Source: Podarcis bocagei (lineage: Eukaryota). From it: a stretch of 64,000 nt of DNA. The first letter of the stretch is position 1. The number at the start of each line of letters is the position of its first letter. The position numbers and the translations under genes were made by a program. The stretch is from NCBI GenBank assembly GCA_964188305.1, contig OZ076885.1, one strand, 5' to 3'. Positions 50,758 to 62,972 of this stretch are shown here, one piece after another. A model generated the notes under the pieces. That model was given only the letters and a program-made list of their open reading frames with translations, was not told where the DNA came from and did not search any database.

Positions 50758-51847
50758 GGGTCATTCCACGCCAAATCACCTGGTGCCATGTGCTCTCACA
50801 TCTCAGATCTTGTTCAAAAAAATTATTATGTGTAGATACCTAGGAGATAACCTCCAATTATTTTTTAAAGGTTTTTTGGTCCAAAATTGGGCGCAGAGGA
50901 ATTTTTAAAAAATGTCAATTTTCACACGATTTAGGCTAATGCAATTTCTGCGTCAGATATTGCATACAGCGGCCAAAACAGCATCATTGACCATATTACA
51001 TGTATGGGAAACAAAATAGCTTTGAGCATATTATTTCGCAAGTGTTTTACACAATAAAATGAATGAGGGTTCCAAGACATATTTTGTTTTTATTAAATAA
51101 ATAATAAAACTTGATTTTCAAAAAATATTTTATAACCACAAAACACCCTTCTTATTTTTAAAACATAACAAGTTCATGGTTAGCCCATTCTACAAAAAAA
51201 TATGATACAGTGGTACCTATGTTTACCAACTTAATCCGTTCCGGAAGTCCGTTCTTAAACCGAAACAGTTCTTAAACCAAGGCTCGCTTTCCCTAATGAG
51301 GCCTCCTGTTTTCGGTGCCCTTCTACCATTTGGCTTCTGTTCTTAGACTGAGGTAAAGTTCGCAAACCTGGACACCACTACTGGTTTCTCGCAGTTCATA
51401 AACCGAATAGTTCATAAACAGGGCTGTTCTTAAACCGAGGTACCACTGTACATGTGTTAGTTGTGGTTTGCGCACTACTTATCAAACCTACCAAGGTAGA
51501 AAAAGACTAAAATTCACTTTGAATGGTCGATGACCCTTTTCTGTGGCACTTAATACCATTTTTATACCTTATTTTGAAAGAGACCAAAATTAGCTTTATT
51601 TTGATAATAAAATAAGCCCAATTGGTTGAAAAATAAGTGGAAAAGATTTTTTCTAAACTGATGCAGAAAAATCATTTCACCTAAATCATGCAAAAATTGA
51701 ATTTAAAAAAAAATTCTCCTGTGCCCAATTTTGGACCAAAAAAATCTTATCTCATAGGTAAGTGCACACACAAAAATTTTGAACAAAATCTGAAACATGA
51801 GAGCACAGTCAAGTATTAAAATCAGGTGATTTGGCATGGAATGACCC
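50758..51847. mobile_element. Non-autonomous DNA transposon with GGG..CCC termini and 4-bp TSD (Sola2-like)
   Basis: GGGTCATTCCACGCCAAATCACCTG / CAGGTGATTTGGCATGGAATGACCC; TSD AACA; long imperfect subterminal inverted repeats. Confidence 0.75.
51208..51448. mobile_element. Tigger-type MITE nested in the Sola-like element
   Basis: TA|CAGTGGTACCT ... CCGAGGTACCACTG|TA. Confidence 0.9.
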
Positions 51848-52913
51848 AACAATCAGCTTCAGTAACTGAAGCAGCTTGCTTAAATATTTCTGCCTGTGTG
51901 GCAACACGAGGAAACAAGCAAAATGATCTTAGAAGTAAATTTGAACCATTTCCATTGTGATGAATCCTGGAGGGCACCCTTTCTTAAAATTGTAGGATTA
52001 CCACATCCTTACGTCTATTATGCCAAAACAAATTCTCTGTTCTCCTTTTTCAGTGGTATCTTTTAGTTTCCTTATAAAGAAAGTAATTTCTGTTTCCTAC
52101 AAATAAAAGTAATTTGAAAACAATTATTTAATGACAACAATAATATTGCCAGCGTTTCCACTACATTTGCTCCCTGAATTCTTTGTAGACACACCCATTG
52201 TTAAATAGTTGGTCAGTGGAATCTTTTATTGCATTATGCCATGAGAAGCTGTATGAATTGCTGCTGAAGAATGAAGATACTATTTTTATTTATTCATTGT
52301 TTATCCCTTTATCCAAAGGAGCCCAGTGTGGTCATACAGTACATAAATAGCACAACAAAATTAAAATTAAAAACACGATAACGATGTAAAACAACTGAAA
52401 ATACATTTTCATTGTGCATATACAGACCAGTTTCCAAGCTGCCGAACATACCCCCCACCCTTAGGTACTAAACACCTGAGTGAACAGGAGTGCTTTCAGG
52501 CTCAGTCTAAGTGATGATTACATAGGGGGCACAAACCCATTTCCCCAGTAAGGGAGTTCTGTAATTGCAATGTGGCCACAAAGAAGGTGCTGTGCAGATC
52601 ACAATCTTCTGGGCAGCATGGAAGAACCTTTCCTTAGTTCGGAGTATATAGGGCTTTATTAGGTACATAGCCTATGACAACACATCCTTGTATACCAGAA
52701 ATCTAAGGGATGGGTTGTGTTTTTTTATTGGCTGAAAGAGCCATAAAGTTTACTTGATGGCTTTTGTATGTCATTATATGTCACTATTTATTTAGAATCA
52801 TTCTTTCATCTGTGCATGTAAAATTCCTGAATATTTTTGGAGCTCTTACTTTTCACTCTAACTGAACAGGTAGCATAGTAATACTATTAGTCAGAGCTCT
52901 AAGTAAAAATGAC

Positions 52914-53109
52914 NNNNNNNNNNNNNNNNNNNNNNNNNNNNNNNNNNNNNNNNNNNNNNNNNNNNNNNNNNNNNNNNNNNNNNNNNNNNNNNNNNNNNNN
53001 NNNNNNNNNNNNNNNNNNNNNNNNNNNNNNNNNNNNNNNNNNNNNNNNNNNNNNNNNNNNNNNNNNNNNNNNNNNNNNNNNNNNNNNNNNNNNNNNNNNN
53101 NNNNNNNNN
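52914..53109. other. Assembly gap (N run)
   Basis: 196 N. Confidence 0.99.
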
Positions 53110-53398
53110 CTAAAGACTGCTTTCAGATTTCCTCCGTAAAGGCAAGGTCCACTTTTCTAGGCCGCATTTTCCTTAAGAAACTTGCAACTATTTCCATTGG
53201 ATGAAAAGGACAAATTCCAACAGTTGATGAGGCTTTAATGGTCTAGTTCTCCCAAACCAGTCTTTAAACAAACAAACAAACATGACCTAGCACTTTAGAT
53301 CAGGTCACATTTTAGGAGAATTTTTATGGAGCTTCCTCTCCTATAACCTGAAAGTCATTTGTTTTGTAGTAGCACATTTTGGGTCCAGATTCACAATA

Positions 53399-53629
53399 CA
53401 GTCAAACCTCGATCCTCAGACAACTCCTTTTTCAAATATTTTGGCTCCCAAACGCTGAAAACCCGGAAGTAAATGTTCCGGTTTTTTGGAACCCGGACGT
53501 CCAACGCAGCTTCCGCTTGAGTTCAAGAAGCTCTTGCAGCCAATCGGAAGCCTCACCTTGGTTGTCAAACGTTTCGGAAGTCAAACGGTCTTCTGGAACA
53601 GATTACGTTTGACAACCGAGGTTTGACTG
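53399..53629. mobile_element. Tigger-type MITE
   Basis: TA|CAGTCAAACCTCG ... CGAGGTTTGACTG. Confidence 0.85.
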
Positions 53630-54570
53630 CAGATTATAAGTGAAACATCAATTTTCTGAGAAATAGGACTCTATGAAGTAATAGTTTGAATTACTGTATT
53701 GCATTATTCATGGAGCTGCTTCTGAAGGTTATTCGGAAACTTTTTCTGGTGCAAAATGCAATGGCCAGATTAAGGAGTGCTTTCACCTATTCAAACTGGA
53801 ACCTGTGCTTGTCCTCTGAGGCCCTTTTCTATGTCCCCCCCCCCCCGAGAAGTTTGAAGGGTGGCAACAAGAGAACAGGCTTTTTCTGTGGTGGCTCCCC
53901 AATCGGCTGTATCTGTGAGGTTGAACTGAAGTTATAGTGTTAGACATAATGAAAACAGCTAGGTTCCAATGATAAGGTTTGGAAACCAAAGGTGCTCTCA
54001 AAACCTAGTAACTAGTTTGTTTATTTAAGACCATTTGCATACCATTTAGTACATAAACTATCTCTTAAGCAGTGCACAGCAATTAAAAAACACAAATATT
54101 ACAGAAAATCTATCATAAAACCATCAATGTAGAGTGCTGAAGATGAATTTCTAGTCATAACAGTTCCTCATCAGCATATTACCCTAGTGCTGAAAGGTTT
54201 GGCACTTGCTGCCAGTACATTACTAAGCTAGTTTAAGGTCTTACTGGTGGTGTATAAAGCCCTAAACAGCCAAGAACAAGGTTACCTTATATCGTCCAGA
54301 TTGTTCCATGTTACCACATATTTATTTAGTACTGTATTTTATGACGTTTTCATGCTTTTATCGCACACTGCTATTTTTCAATGAGTTGGTTGTTTATTTT
54401 ATTTATAAGAAAAATTCTAAATACAAATGACCAAGAACGTCAATTAAAAGCAAAGGAGAACAAATAAAGCATTATGACATACAGGGGGCAGGGTTCAAGT
54501 TTAACAATCAGTACTATCTACTGTTTGAAAAACAATCCTCAGTATTGCATTCCATCATTCCACGGAGGGT

Positions 54571-55032
54571 GTGGGGCCGTTTGAGGTAGTGGGGCAAATT
54601 AACACTGTGTCGTTCTGGCTCAGACTGCCAGCTTCGATGAAGATCCATCCAGTGTTCCATAGGGCTCTCCTGTCAGCAGTCACTCCAGCCCACCGATATC
54701 AGAAGCCTAGGCAAGCACCCCCTCCTCCCGTACTGGTCAAGAATCAAGAGGAATATGAGGTGGAGGAGATATTGGACACTAGATTTTTCAGGAGAAAGTT
54801 GCAGTGTTTTGTGTCCTGGAAGGGTTATGGACCTGAGGAAAGTTCCTGGGAGAGAGGCATTGCAGAGAGTTCCATCGCCATTACCCACACAAGCCCAAAC
54901 CTAGAGAGTGGAGGGAGGAGGCTAGCCAAAGTGAGGAACAAGAAGAAGAAGAGTGCAGGATGGGGGAGACCGGAAATGAGGGAGCCCTTCACAGCAGGCA
55001 AAGAGGAGGAGGGAGGACTTAGAGGGGGGTGA
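54571..55032 (+). mobile_element. Gypsy chromovirus integrase C-terminus (GPY/F module + chromodomain) and polypurine tract
   Basis: GPFEVV...LRLPASMKIHPVFH, EEYEVEEILD...VSWKGYGPEESSWE; AGAGGGGGG PPT just before the LTR. Confidence 0.92.
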
Positions 55033-55499
55033 TGTCAAGAACATGGCTTCTCCAAGTGGATCCTCCCAGTGCCAGCGAAACCTCAGAGGGAGAAGGGGGG
55101 CAGACGGATTTACACAGGGAGAGTAACGGTAGCTCTCCCCCCTCAGGAATGCAAGACACGGATTCCACGGATTCCCATGAGGCAGGATGAGTTGAAGGGG
55201 GGGTCGGCTCGAGAGGGTGAAGGAGAAGGGAAGGAACAAGCCCTCCCAGAATCTCCTCGCAGTCGGCGCATGAGCAGACTCCAGGACCAATGTCAGCCAC
55301 GCAGGAGGTGGGGGCAGCGTAGGACGTTACTCTGCTGGAAGGGGAGGAGCCAGCCACTGGAGCTATCTGATTCTTCTGGAGATGATTGATCGTAGGGGCT
55401 AGGAGTGAGCTACTGTGCAATTACCCAATAAATCCAAGAAACTATAAAACTGTCGGCTTGCTGTGTCTTGGTGTGAGAGGAGCAACATAAATCCTTACA
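55033..55499 (+). mobile_element. 3' LTR of the chromovirus
   Basis: TGTCAAG...CCTTACA termini, AATAAA near the end, directly after the PPT. Confidence 0.8.
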
Positions 55500-56054
55500 A
55501 CTGATGCACTTGATCCAGTGGTACCAGCTTTTCAAAGTCCAATAGTCATTTACAGCACCTTCCACATCTACTAAAACCACTCCAACATACCATCAATATT
55601 CTGAAGCCTGTCATGCACTCTGATGCTTCTATCACTCTGCTAGTCTACTTGCCTTTATTACAGATGGCGTCCTAATCCAAAACAGCTACATAACATACAA
55701 GAACTGACCACCTGACAGACACAAATCACACCCTGCAACAAACCCAGATGCCAGCACTGTCCCTAGATCTTATTTTGCATATATTTAAGCTGTAATTGAA
55801 TTGTCACAGGTGACATTTCTCACCCTTCTAGACAGTGTGCAGGAGGGGCCACAGCTCACTGCTTTGTACACCAAAATCCCTAGTTTACCTCCTGGTATCT
55901 CTAGTTAAAAGGATCAGGCTGCAACCCACAAGAGTAACTTCCAGTCAGAGTCCTATAGTTTTGGACTAACAACTAGTCTGTGTATCATTTGGCTCCCCTG
56001 TTTTATACTCCCCCCTTCCCTTTATACCTGTACTTACCTACTGAGAATATCATT

Positions 56055-56140
56055 TGATGCATCTGATGTAGTGGACTGTAGTCCTCAAAATATTGTACCA
56101 TAATACATTTGTTAGTATTTAAGATGTCAAAAAACTGTTT
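56055..56140 (+). mobile_element. Decayed Penelope pLTR / hammerhead relic
   Basis: GCATCTGATGTA-GTGGACTGTAGTCCTC-AAAA...TTTGTTAGTATTTAAGATGTCA. Confidence 0.6.
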
Positions 56141-56359
56141 CTTGTTTTAAGTAAAATGCAAGTAATAGAATAAAAGTGGTTGTGAAGCAAAAGTAACATT
56201 TTTTTAAAATATCCACAGCAAAGAATATTAGCTTGCAGCTTCAACGTGGAATTTTAATTTGGCACATGGAATAGCACACGTAGTGCAGATCTCAAGTTAA
56301 AAATCAAATAAGAGAATTGCATGTCCAGTACTCATTCTTTACAAATTCAGCTGGAGTGG

Positions 56360-56500
56360 TGGATTCTCCTTTCTTGGAAGTTTCAAGCAGAGGTTGGATG
56401 GCCATTTGTCATGTATAATTTAGCTGAGATTCCTGCATCACAGGAGATTGGACTAGATGACCCTCAAGGTCCCTTCCAACTCTGCAATTCTGATTCTATT
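56360..56500 (+). mobile_element. CR1 3' end
   Basis: TTGGACTAGATGACCC...GGTCCCTTCCAACTCT and ATTCT tail. Confidence 0.8.
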
Positions 56501-57699
56501 AGTGTGTGTCCCTAGAAAGCCTGAGCTTAAAACATGAAGCTTCACACTTTTCCAATAGTGACATGTTGCCACAGGTCTGAATGCCTGAGATATTTTCAAG
56601 ACTGCCTGAGATCTTCTTCAAGTATAAAGAAGAAGGTACAGAAACAAGAGGTGGGAGAAGAGGCAAAACAGCTAATTATCTTACCTCAGGTTGTTTCTAG
56701 TCAGCCTTATCCTTTTGGTACAATAGTTCTACTATTTCAAACTTCAGGATAATGTGGCCTAAATGGGGACATGTGTGTCAAAATCATAGAAAGATATGAA
56801 ACAGTTTATAATGAGGAGTGAATGTTGCTCAAATAATGAGGGTGGTCAATCTGTAATGTTAATAAACTGGATAGTATATCTGGATTGTTTCAACAAAAGG
56901 TACCTCCAAAGTAAAATCATATTGCAAGTAAACATATGGCTGTAGAGTGAACTGTATCATGGTGTGTCTTCAATGCATGGGAAACATTTTCCAGGGAAAT
57001 TTTGATGTATTAAGTAAATTAGGGTAAAAAACCAAGAGGCCATATCACAATATTGCAAAGAGGGTACTTGCTCTATACTCCCCCCTTTCACCTTTCTAAG
57101 CAATATGATACAATAAGATAATGATCTGTTATTCAAATGGGTTAAAAAAACAAACCCTAGTTTGCAGTCTTTGAAACAAGATTCAGAATCCTTTTCTGAA
57201 CAGAAAAGATTGATCATTCAATACTTTTAAGAGCTACTTTTTGTCAAATAGAAGGCAAGTAGGCAAAAATACAGGAAGGTATTCCAGATACCACAACAAT
57301 ATGATTGCTTGGGAATACAATACAATATGACAACATTGTATGTAAAACCACAGTTGCAACATTAACAAAGGTAGAGCTAATTAATCTCTTCCGTGTTCAT
57401 TTCTTACGTGCAGCTGATTTGGCCAGCTAACTTTAGTTGAGTTCCACAGAACTAACAGCACAACTTCTGGCACCCAAAATTAAAAGTTCAATTTAAAATG
57501 TGAAACAGATCAGAAGCCCTGTCAAATGGAAACACAGCTGGAAAAAGGAACTTTGATGTACCTAATGTCTATTGTTTAATGTCTGGGTTTTTGCTTTTAA
57601 ATGCCAGCGCCCAGCATGGAAGCAATGCCCTCCCATTGTGCAACAGAGGGTGCTTTGGGTGATGGGGGTGTGGGGGGGAAATGTTCCACCTAGAGAAGA

Positions 57700-58150
57700 A
57701 AAAGTTGACAGGCCTGGAGATCTTTTTTAAGAAATTGTGTGCTAAATTGAGCAAATAAGCATTCTGTCTCTCTCTCTGTGTATGTGTGTGTATGCAAAAG
57801 TTAGCAGTCAGTCAAGTTTTTATCTCTTAATGAATAGAGACTGCTGAAGTAAGGGTTAGGTAATTGAGTTTATAATTAATTAGCCATAACCCTCATCAGA
57901 TAAAGCAGTTGTCGAGATTTTTTTTATCTCCTTCTCTCCTCGGGGCCTGCCCTTCTTTGTCCTTGTTCTGACAGCCAGCACTTATCTTAGGCCTTCTCTG
58001 GGCTTTTGCCCATCAAAGCCCTCCCTGCCTTTTGCTGTTTTTGGTGGTCAGCTGAGGCCCTTATTGTAGTGTGTGGCTCACAATCAACCTAGCTGTCTCA
58101 TGCTTGGATGATGAATTAGCGGTAGGAGTTAACATAGAGGTGAATTTCAG
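57700..58150 (+). promoter_or_regulatory. Probable conserved non-coding element overlapping the orthologue of the AGAP1 short-isoform terminal exon
   Basis: Repeat-free; TAATTG/TAATTA homeodomain and GATA sites; 57944-57994 translates to GLPFFVLVLTASTYLRP, which matches my recollection of the human AGAP1 short-isoform C-terminus. Confidence 0.6.
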
Positions 58151-58613
58151 ATTTGTCCACTGATAGCTTGTAGAGCCTGTTCTCTGTGTTAGTCACTCTC
58201 CTGGCCTGATATACTGCTGACACTTTGCAACAAAGAGGTTAAAAAGGTAGATGTAGTAAAAATGTTGCCTTTTCCCAGAAACTTAGTGTTCTTACAAAGG
58301 AGCCTTAATTTCCTCTGCCATGCACTTGATTATAACAATACAGATAAAATAAATGGGATTTTTCCACTATTTCTTTGGGTGTCCTTATCTCCTCTTTATT
58401 CTGGTGCAAGCTAGGTTGATCAAAATGGAGTGTTCATGTGTTTGAATGTGTGTCGAATCTTGCAATATCTAGATGTTTAGTTATGATATTGGTTCAGCAT
58501 GCCTAAGTTTCACCTCCATAAAGGTTCTCTAAATGTTGGCAATACTAAGGGTTTTTTTAAAAAAATAAATTCTTAATGCGCTTATGTTTATGTGAACAAA
58601 GTTTGCCTCCACT

Positions 58614-59361
58614 TCATAGAATTGTAGAGTTGGAAGGCACCCCAGGGGTTATCTACTCCAAACCCCCGCAATGAAGGAATCTCAACTAAAGCATCTATGA
58701 CAGATTGCCATCCATCTTCTACTTTAAAACCTCCAATGAGGGAGAGTCCACCATCTCTTGAGCGACTCCGTTCCACTGTCATACAGCTCTTACTGTCAGA
58801 AAGTCCATCTTGATGTTTAGTCGTAATCTCCTTTCTTGTAACTGGAATCCATTGGTTTGAGTCCTACCCTCCAGAGCAGGAGAAAGCAAGCATGCTCCAT
58901 CTTCCATATAGCATCCCTTGAGATATTTGAAGATAGCTATCATATCTCCTCTCAGTCTCTTCTTATACAAGCTAAATGTACCGAGCTCCCTCAACCATTC
59001 CTCATAAGGCCATGAGCACATTAGTTACCCTCCTCTGCATACATTCCAATTTGTCAATATCCTTCTTAACTTATGGTACCCAGAACTGGACACAGGACTC
59101 CAGGTGCAGTGTGACTAAGCAGAATACAGTGGCACCAATAATTATCCTGGAGCAGGACATTAGCTTTTTTGCTGTTGCATCACACTGCTGACTCATGTTC
59201 AGCTTGTGGTCTGTTAAGACCCTTAGATCATTTTCACATGTACTACTGGGAAGCCAGGTATCCCCCATCTTTTATTTGTGTAGCTGGTTCTTCTTTCCCA
59301 AGTGTAGAACCTGACATTTGTCTCCACTGAATTTCATTTTGTTGTTTTGGGCCCAGTTCTC
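58614..59361 (-). mobile_element. CR1 LINE 3' fragment
   Basis: KLNMSQQCDATAKK, HLESCVQFWVP and YEEWLRELGTFSL.KKRLRGDMIAIFKYLKG. Confidence 0.93.
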
Positions 59362-59676
59362 CTATACTGAGAATAGTAACTTGGGAAAGAAGGCCTGAGA
59401 ACTGGTCTTGTAAGATATCGAACTGTGCTGTGGTGTCACAGTAGATGGTTGTGTTGTAGTGTCAAAAGAAGACGTTAAAGGTGCTAGTCATTTATTGTTG
59501 ATGGTTGTGTCATAGTGTTGAAGTTATTGCAGCAGAATTGTTTATAGTGAGAGCAATTATTATTTTCTTAAATGTATGTTCATCACAGTCATTTTGCTTT
59601 TGAATAGGCATTTTTCTGTTTCTGTCAGCATGTTTTGCAATGCTTTGCGTTTCCTCCCTAACTTTTATGGTATTAT

Positions 59677-59812
59677 GAGGGCTTTATTTCGGTGGGAACT
59701 CACCAGAACTCAGTTCTGGCACCTCTCAGATGGGCACTATTGCCATTCTAATAGAACGATGGAGGCGTTCATGGTGAGATCCAGCACCTCTTTTTCTAGA
59801 AAAATAGTGCTG
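59677..59812. mobile_element. hAT MITE
   Basis: Perfect 8-bp TSD GGTATTAT; AGGGCTTTATTTC / GAAAAATAGTGCTG ends; partial relative at 46411-46473. Confidence 0.85.
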
Positions 59813-60003
59813 GGTATTATAAGTGTAAAAATTATTGTTTTGAAGTGTCTTCAGGAAGGTTTTCACTTGATAGTTTGAACTTAGGTGAAGACACAGGAGT
59901 ACAAAATGCACAAATACTGCCCCGTGTGGGGAGCACACATACTTTCTTCTTAAAGTACACAGTGGTGGCATCCAGGATTGGTGTCCTGCTTCCTTTTATT
60001 ATA

Positions 60004-60229
60004 CAGTGGTACTTCGGGTTAAGAACTTAATTCGTTCTGGAGGTCTGTTCTTAACCTGAAACTGTTCTTAACCTGAGGTACCACTTCAGTTAATGGGGCC
60101 TCCCGCTGCCTCTGTGTCGCCGCCGTGCGATTTCTGTTCTCATCCTGAAGCAAATTTCTTAACCCAAGGTACTATTTATGGGTTAGTGGAGTCTGTAACC
60201 TGAAGCGTATGTAACCCGAGGCACCACAG
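60004..60229. mobile_element. Tigger-type MITE
   Basis: TA|CAGTGGTACTTCGGGTTA ... TAACCCGAGGCACCACAG|TA. Confidence 0.88.
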
Positions 60230-60947
60230 TAAAGGGAAATGGAACTGTTTATATGGCCCTGTGCCCACATATGTGTTTTCATACTTGCTTAAGTATAAAA
60301 CTGCAAGTAGAAGCCATCTTTATTACTTGTAGTTGAATCTCTGGTCTGATCTGATCTGAAAAAAACATTTCCTTCCTGCCTTTGGGGGATAGATGTGAGC
60401 CAGATAAATTGGCCAGCAGATTTAGTTTGATTAAGGTCAGCTGTGGCCTTTAGGATAATCAACTGAGTAGGCTCAGTTCAAATGATGTGAGCCTTGTTTG
60501 TCAAGAGACCCAATGAGCTCTTGGGACAGGAGAAATGTAGAAGAATTTGGTTAGCGATATGCTGTCAAAAAGGGGGTTTGAGCCTAAGTTTTTCATGCTT
60601 TCTGTCTCTGCCGAGGAACATGGATGTATACTCAGTATCCTTTTTATAACTATTATTATCATTACCACTGGCTGCCTGCTGTAGTTTCTCTCCACTTGCT
60701 CGTCGAGCTCATTAGTACTATTATTGACCGTATTGGAATGTTTTAGTTCCATTTATTTACAGCAGGATTAGACCAATTTGGGAAGCAGGGGTATGTTTTG
60801 TTTTGGATACCCTGAACAAATTAAAATCCCCATTTTATTGTATGCCAAGCAGCATAAAAATAACACAGTGAATGATAGAGCTGACTAAGATAAGATCTGA
60901 TACCTCCTTGCGTCCTCTCCTTTGCAACCTTGTGTATGCTCCTAGAG

Positions 60948-61082
60948 CAGGCATAGGCCATCTTCGGCCCTCCAGATGTTTTGGCTACAACTCCCATCAT
61001 CCCTAGCTAACAGGACCAGTGGTCAGGGATGATGGGAATTGTAGTCCAAAACATCTGGAGGGCCGAAGGTTGCCTATGCCTG
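60948..61082. mobile_element. Palindromic hAT MITE (same family as 41609-41744)
   Basis: CAGGCATAGGC...GCCTATGCCTG; perfect TSD TCCTAGAG. Confidence 0.93.
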
Positions 61083-61156
61083 TCCTAGAGGCTGGTTAAG
61101 ATCAGAAGGGTCTTGATTGTGTCTTCTGAATATCATGCAGCCAAGGAGCTGCTATG

Positions 61157-61385
61157 CTTGGTTCTCAAACATAATCCGTTCCGGAAGACCGTTTGACTTC
61201 TGAAATGTTTGACAACCGAGGTGCAGCTTCCCATTGGTTGTAAGAGCTTGTACTCAAGTGGAAGCCGCATCGGACATTTGGGTTCTGAAAAACCTTCAAA
61301 AACCTGAGCATTTATTTCCGGGTTTTGGGCATTCAGGAGCTAAAATGTACGATAACAGAGGTGTTCAGGAACTGAGGTTTGACTG
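61157..61385. mobile_element. Tigger-type MITE, left end eroded
   Basis: AATCCGTTCCGGAAG interior; GAGGTTTGACTG|TA right end. Confidence 0.75.
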
Positions 61386-61540
61386 TAAAGCTTTTTTGCA
61401 CTACGGTCTGCTTCATCAAATGCATGCAGAATAAAGGATAACACTTCGTAACACCGATGAAGCGAACTCTAGTCCACAAAACATTGCACTGTAATAAATT
61501 TCTTAGTCTTAAGATGCCACAATACTTTTTGCTGTTTTTT
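61386..61540. mobile_element. Inverted pair of decayed Penelope pLTR/hammerhead relics
   Basis: Minus strand GCATTTGATGAAGCAGACCGTAGTGCAAAAAAGCTTTA (61386-61425); plus strand CCGATGAAGCGAACTCTAGTCCACAAAA...AATAAATTTCTTAGTCTTAAGATGCCACAA. Confidence 0.6.
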
Positions 61541-62106
61541 CTGGTTTACCTTGCTGGAAATTCTCAAGGAGAGTGTCTAGTTGTATTCCATGACATTTGC
61601 ATAGCTGAGAAAGGCACCCTGATATTTGCACTTGCTTCTCCAGTTACGCCTTGATTTTCAAGAATAACAAATTGAAACAGTGACTTGTGACTTGCAGCAT
61701 ATTAACAGAGTAACAGTGTCAAGCAGAGAGGAGTTCCCATCCAGACAGACCCTGCAGAAGGGAAGTCAGGAAGGAAAAAGTGTTGAACTGAGCAATAAGG
61801 CCGTAGGAATTGCGCTGTTCTGCACTTGCCACCTGATCCATGGAATGAAGTGGATCTTGCCCTTTGAGCAATGCCTTTCACAATCAGGTTTTAAAAAATT
61901 ATTTGCTTCTAGAATCCAGGAACCAAGCCTTATGGGGAACAGTGGGGGGAGTTGAGTCTGTTTAGCCTGCATAAGAGAATACAGAGGTGATAGAATGAAG
62001 AAATGGGTTTCCCAGACCCAAAACTGACTGTGCAGGCAGTTTGAAACAGGCACCAAAATCCCTATTTTTCCTTAGCTAAGATCCATTAACTTGAGCTCTG
62101 AGTCAA

Positions 62107-62671
62107 TGTATAAACAAAAACCCGGCTGAATAAACAAGTGCTCAGAGCCCTCTCCTTTATCAGTTCATGACGGCAAGGATGGCCTTGACTGTTCCAGTAG
62201 AACAGGGATGACACGTCTAGGTCTTATCTTACGTCCTGGACACACTCTGACACACAGACCTAGTCTGGGAACAGTGCCAGAGTGTGTTCTTGGAGTTGGT
62301 GACCTCTTGCTCCAAGATAAGAGTAGGAACAGGAATAGCCTTTTATGGTCAGAAGTACAGGAAGGAATACCCTTTTATGGTTAAGAATACCAGAGCAGGA
62401 ACATATGTGATGTCAACCTGCGTGTATAGGCTGACGTGGTTGGATTCCTGGGGAAGGAGGGAGAGGGTGCCTGGAGGATATATATACTGCATGAAATTTC
62501 TCTTTTCTTTGGACTTGCTGTGGACACACCACGCAGGTGCCTTTCTGCTGTTCCGGAGAGCAGAAATAAATAACTCTTTCTCTGAACCAACCCTCGGTGT
62601 CATTTGACTTCCTTTCTCCTGTCCGGGAGCAATGCAGAGCCCACCAATTGGTAAAGTCTAATAAGGCTACA
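62107..62671 (+). mobile_element. Probable solo LTR
   Basis: TGTA...TACA ends, TATATATA box near 62479, AATAAA near 62565; no matching TSD found. Confidence 0.5.
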
Positions 62672-62674
62672 AGG

Positions 62675-62972
62675 GTAGCCATCTTCAAATATCTGAAGGT
62701 CTGTCACATGGATGATGGAGCAAGCTTGTTTTCTGATGCTCCAGAGGGTAGAACTCAAACCAGTGGATTCAAGTTTCAAGAAAGGAAATGAAGACTTAAC
62801 ATTAGGAAGAACTTTCTGACAGATAAAAGCTATTCTAAAAAGATGGTGGACTTGACTTCCTTGGAGGTTTTTAAACAGAGGTTGAATGGCCATCTGTCAG
62901 GGATTCTTTAGCTGTGATTTCTACCTGGCCATGCAGGGAGTTGGACTAGAGGACCCTTGGGGTCCCTTCCAT
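62675..62972 (+). mobile_element. CR1 LINE 3' fragment
   Basis: AIFKYLKVCHMDDGASLFS...FQER and GGACTAGA..ACCC..GGTCCCTTCC 3' UTR. Confidence 0.9.

Noticed and set aside
52909-53139. ORF made of X residues
   Set aside because: Spans the assembly gap.
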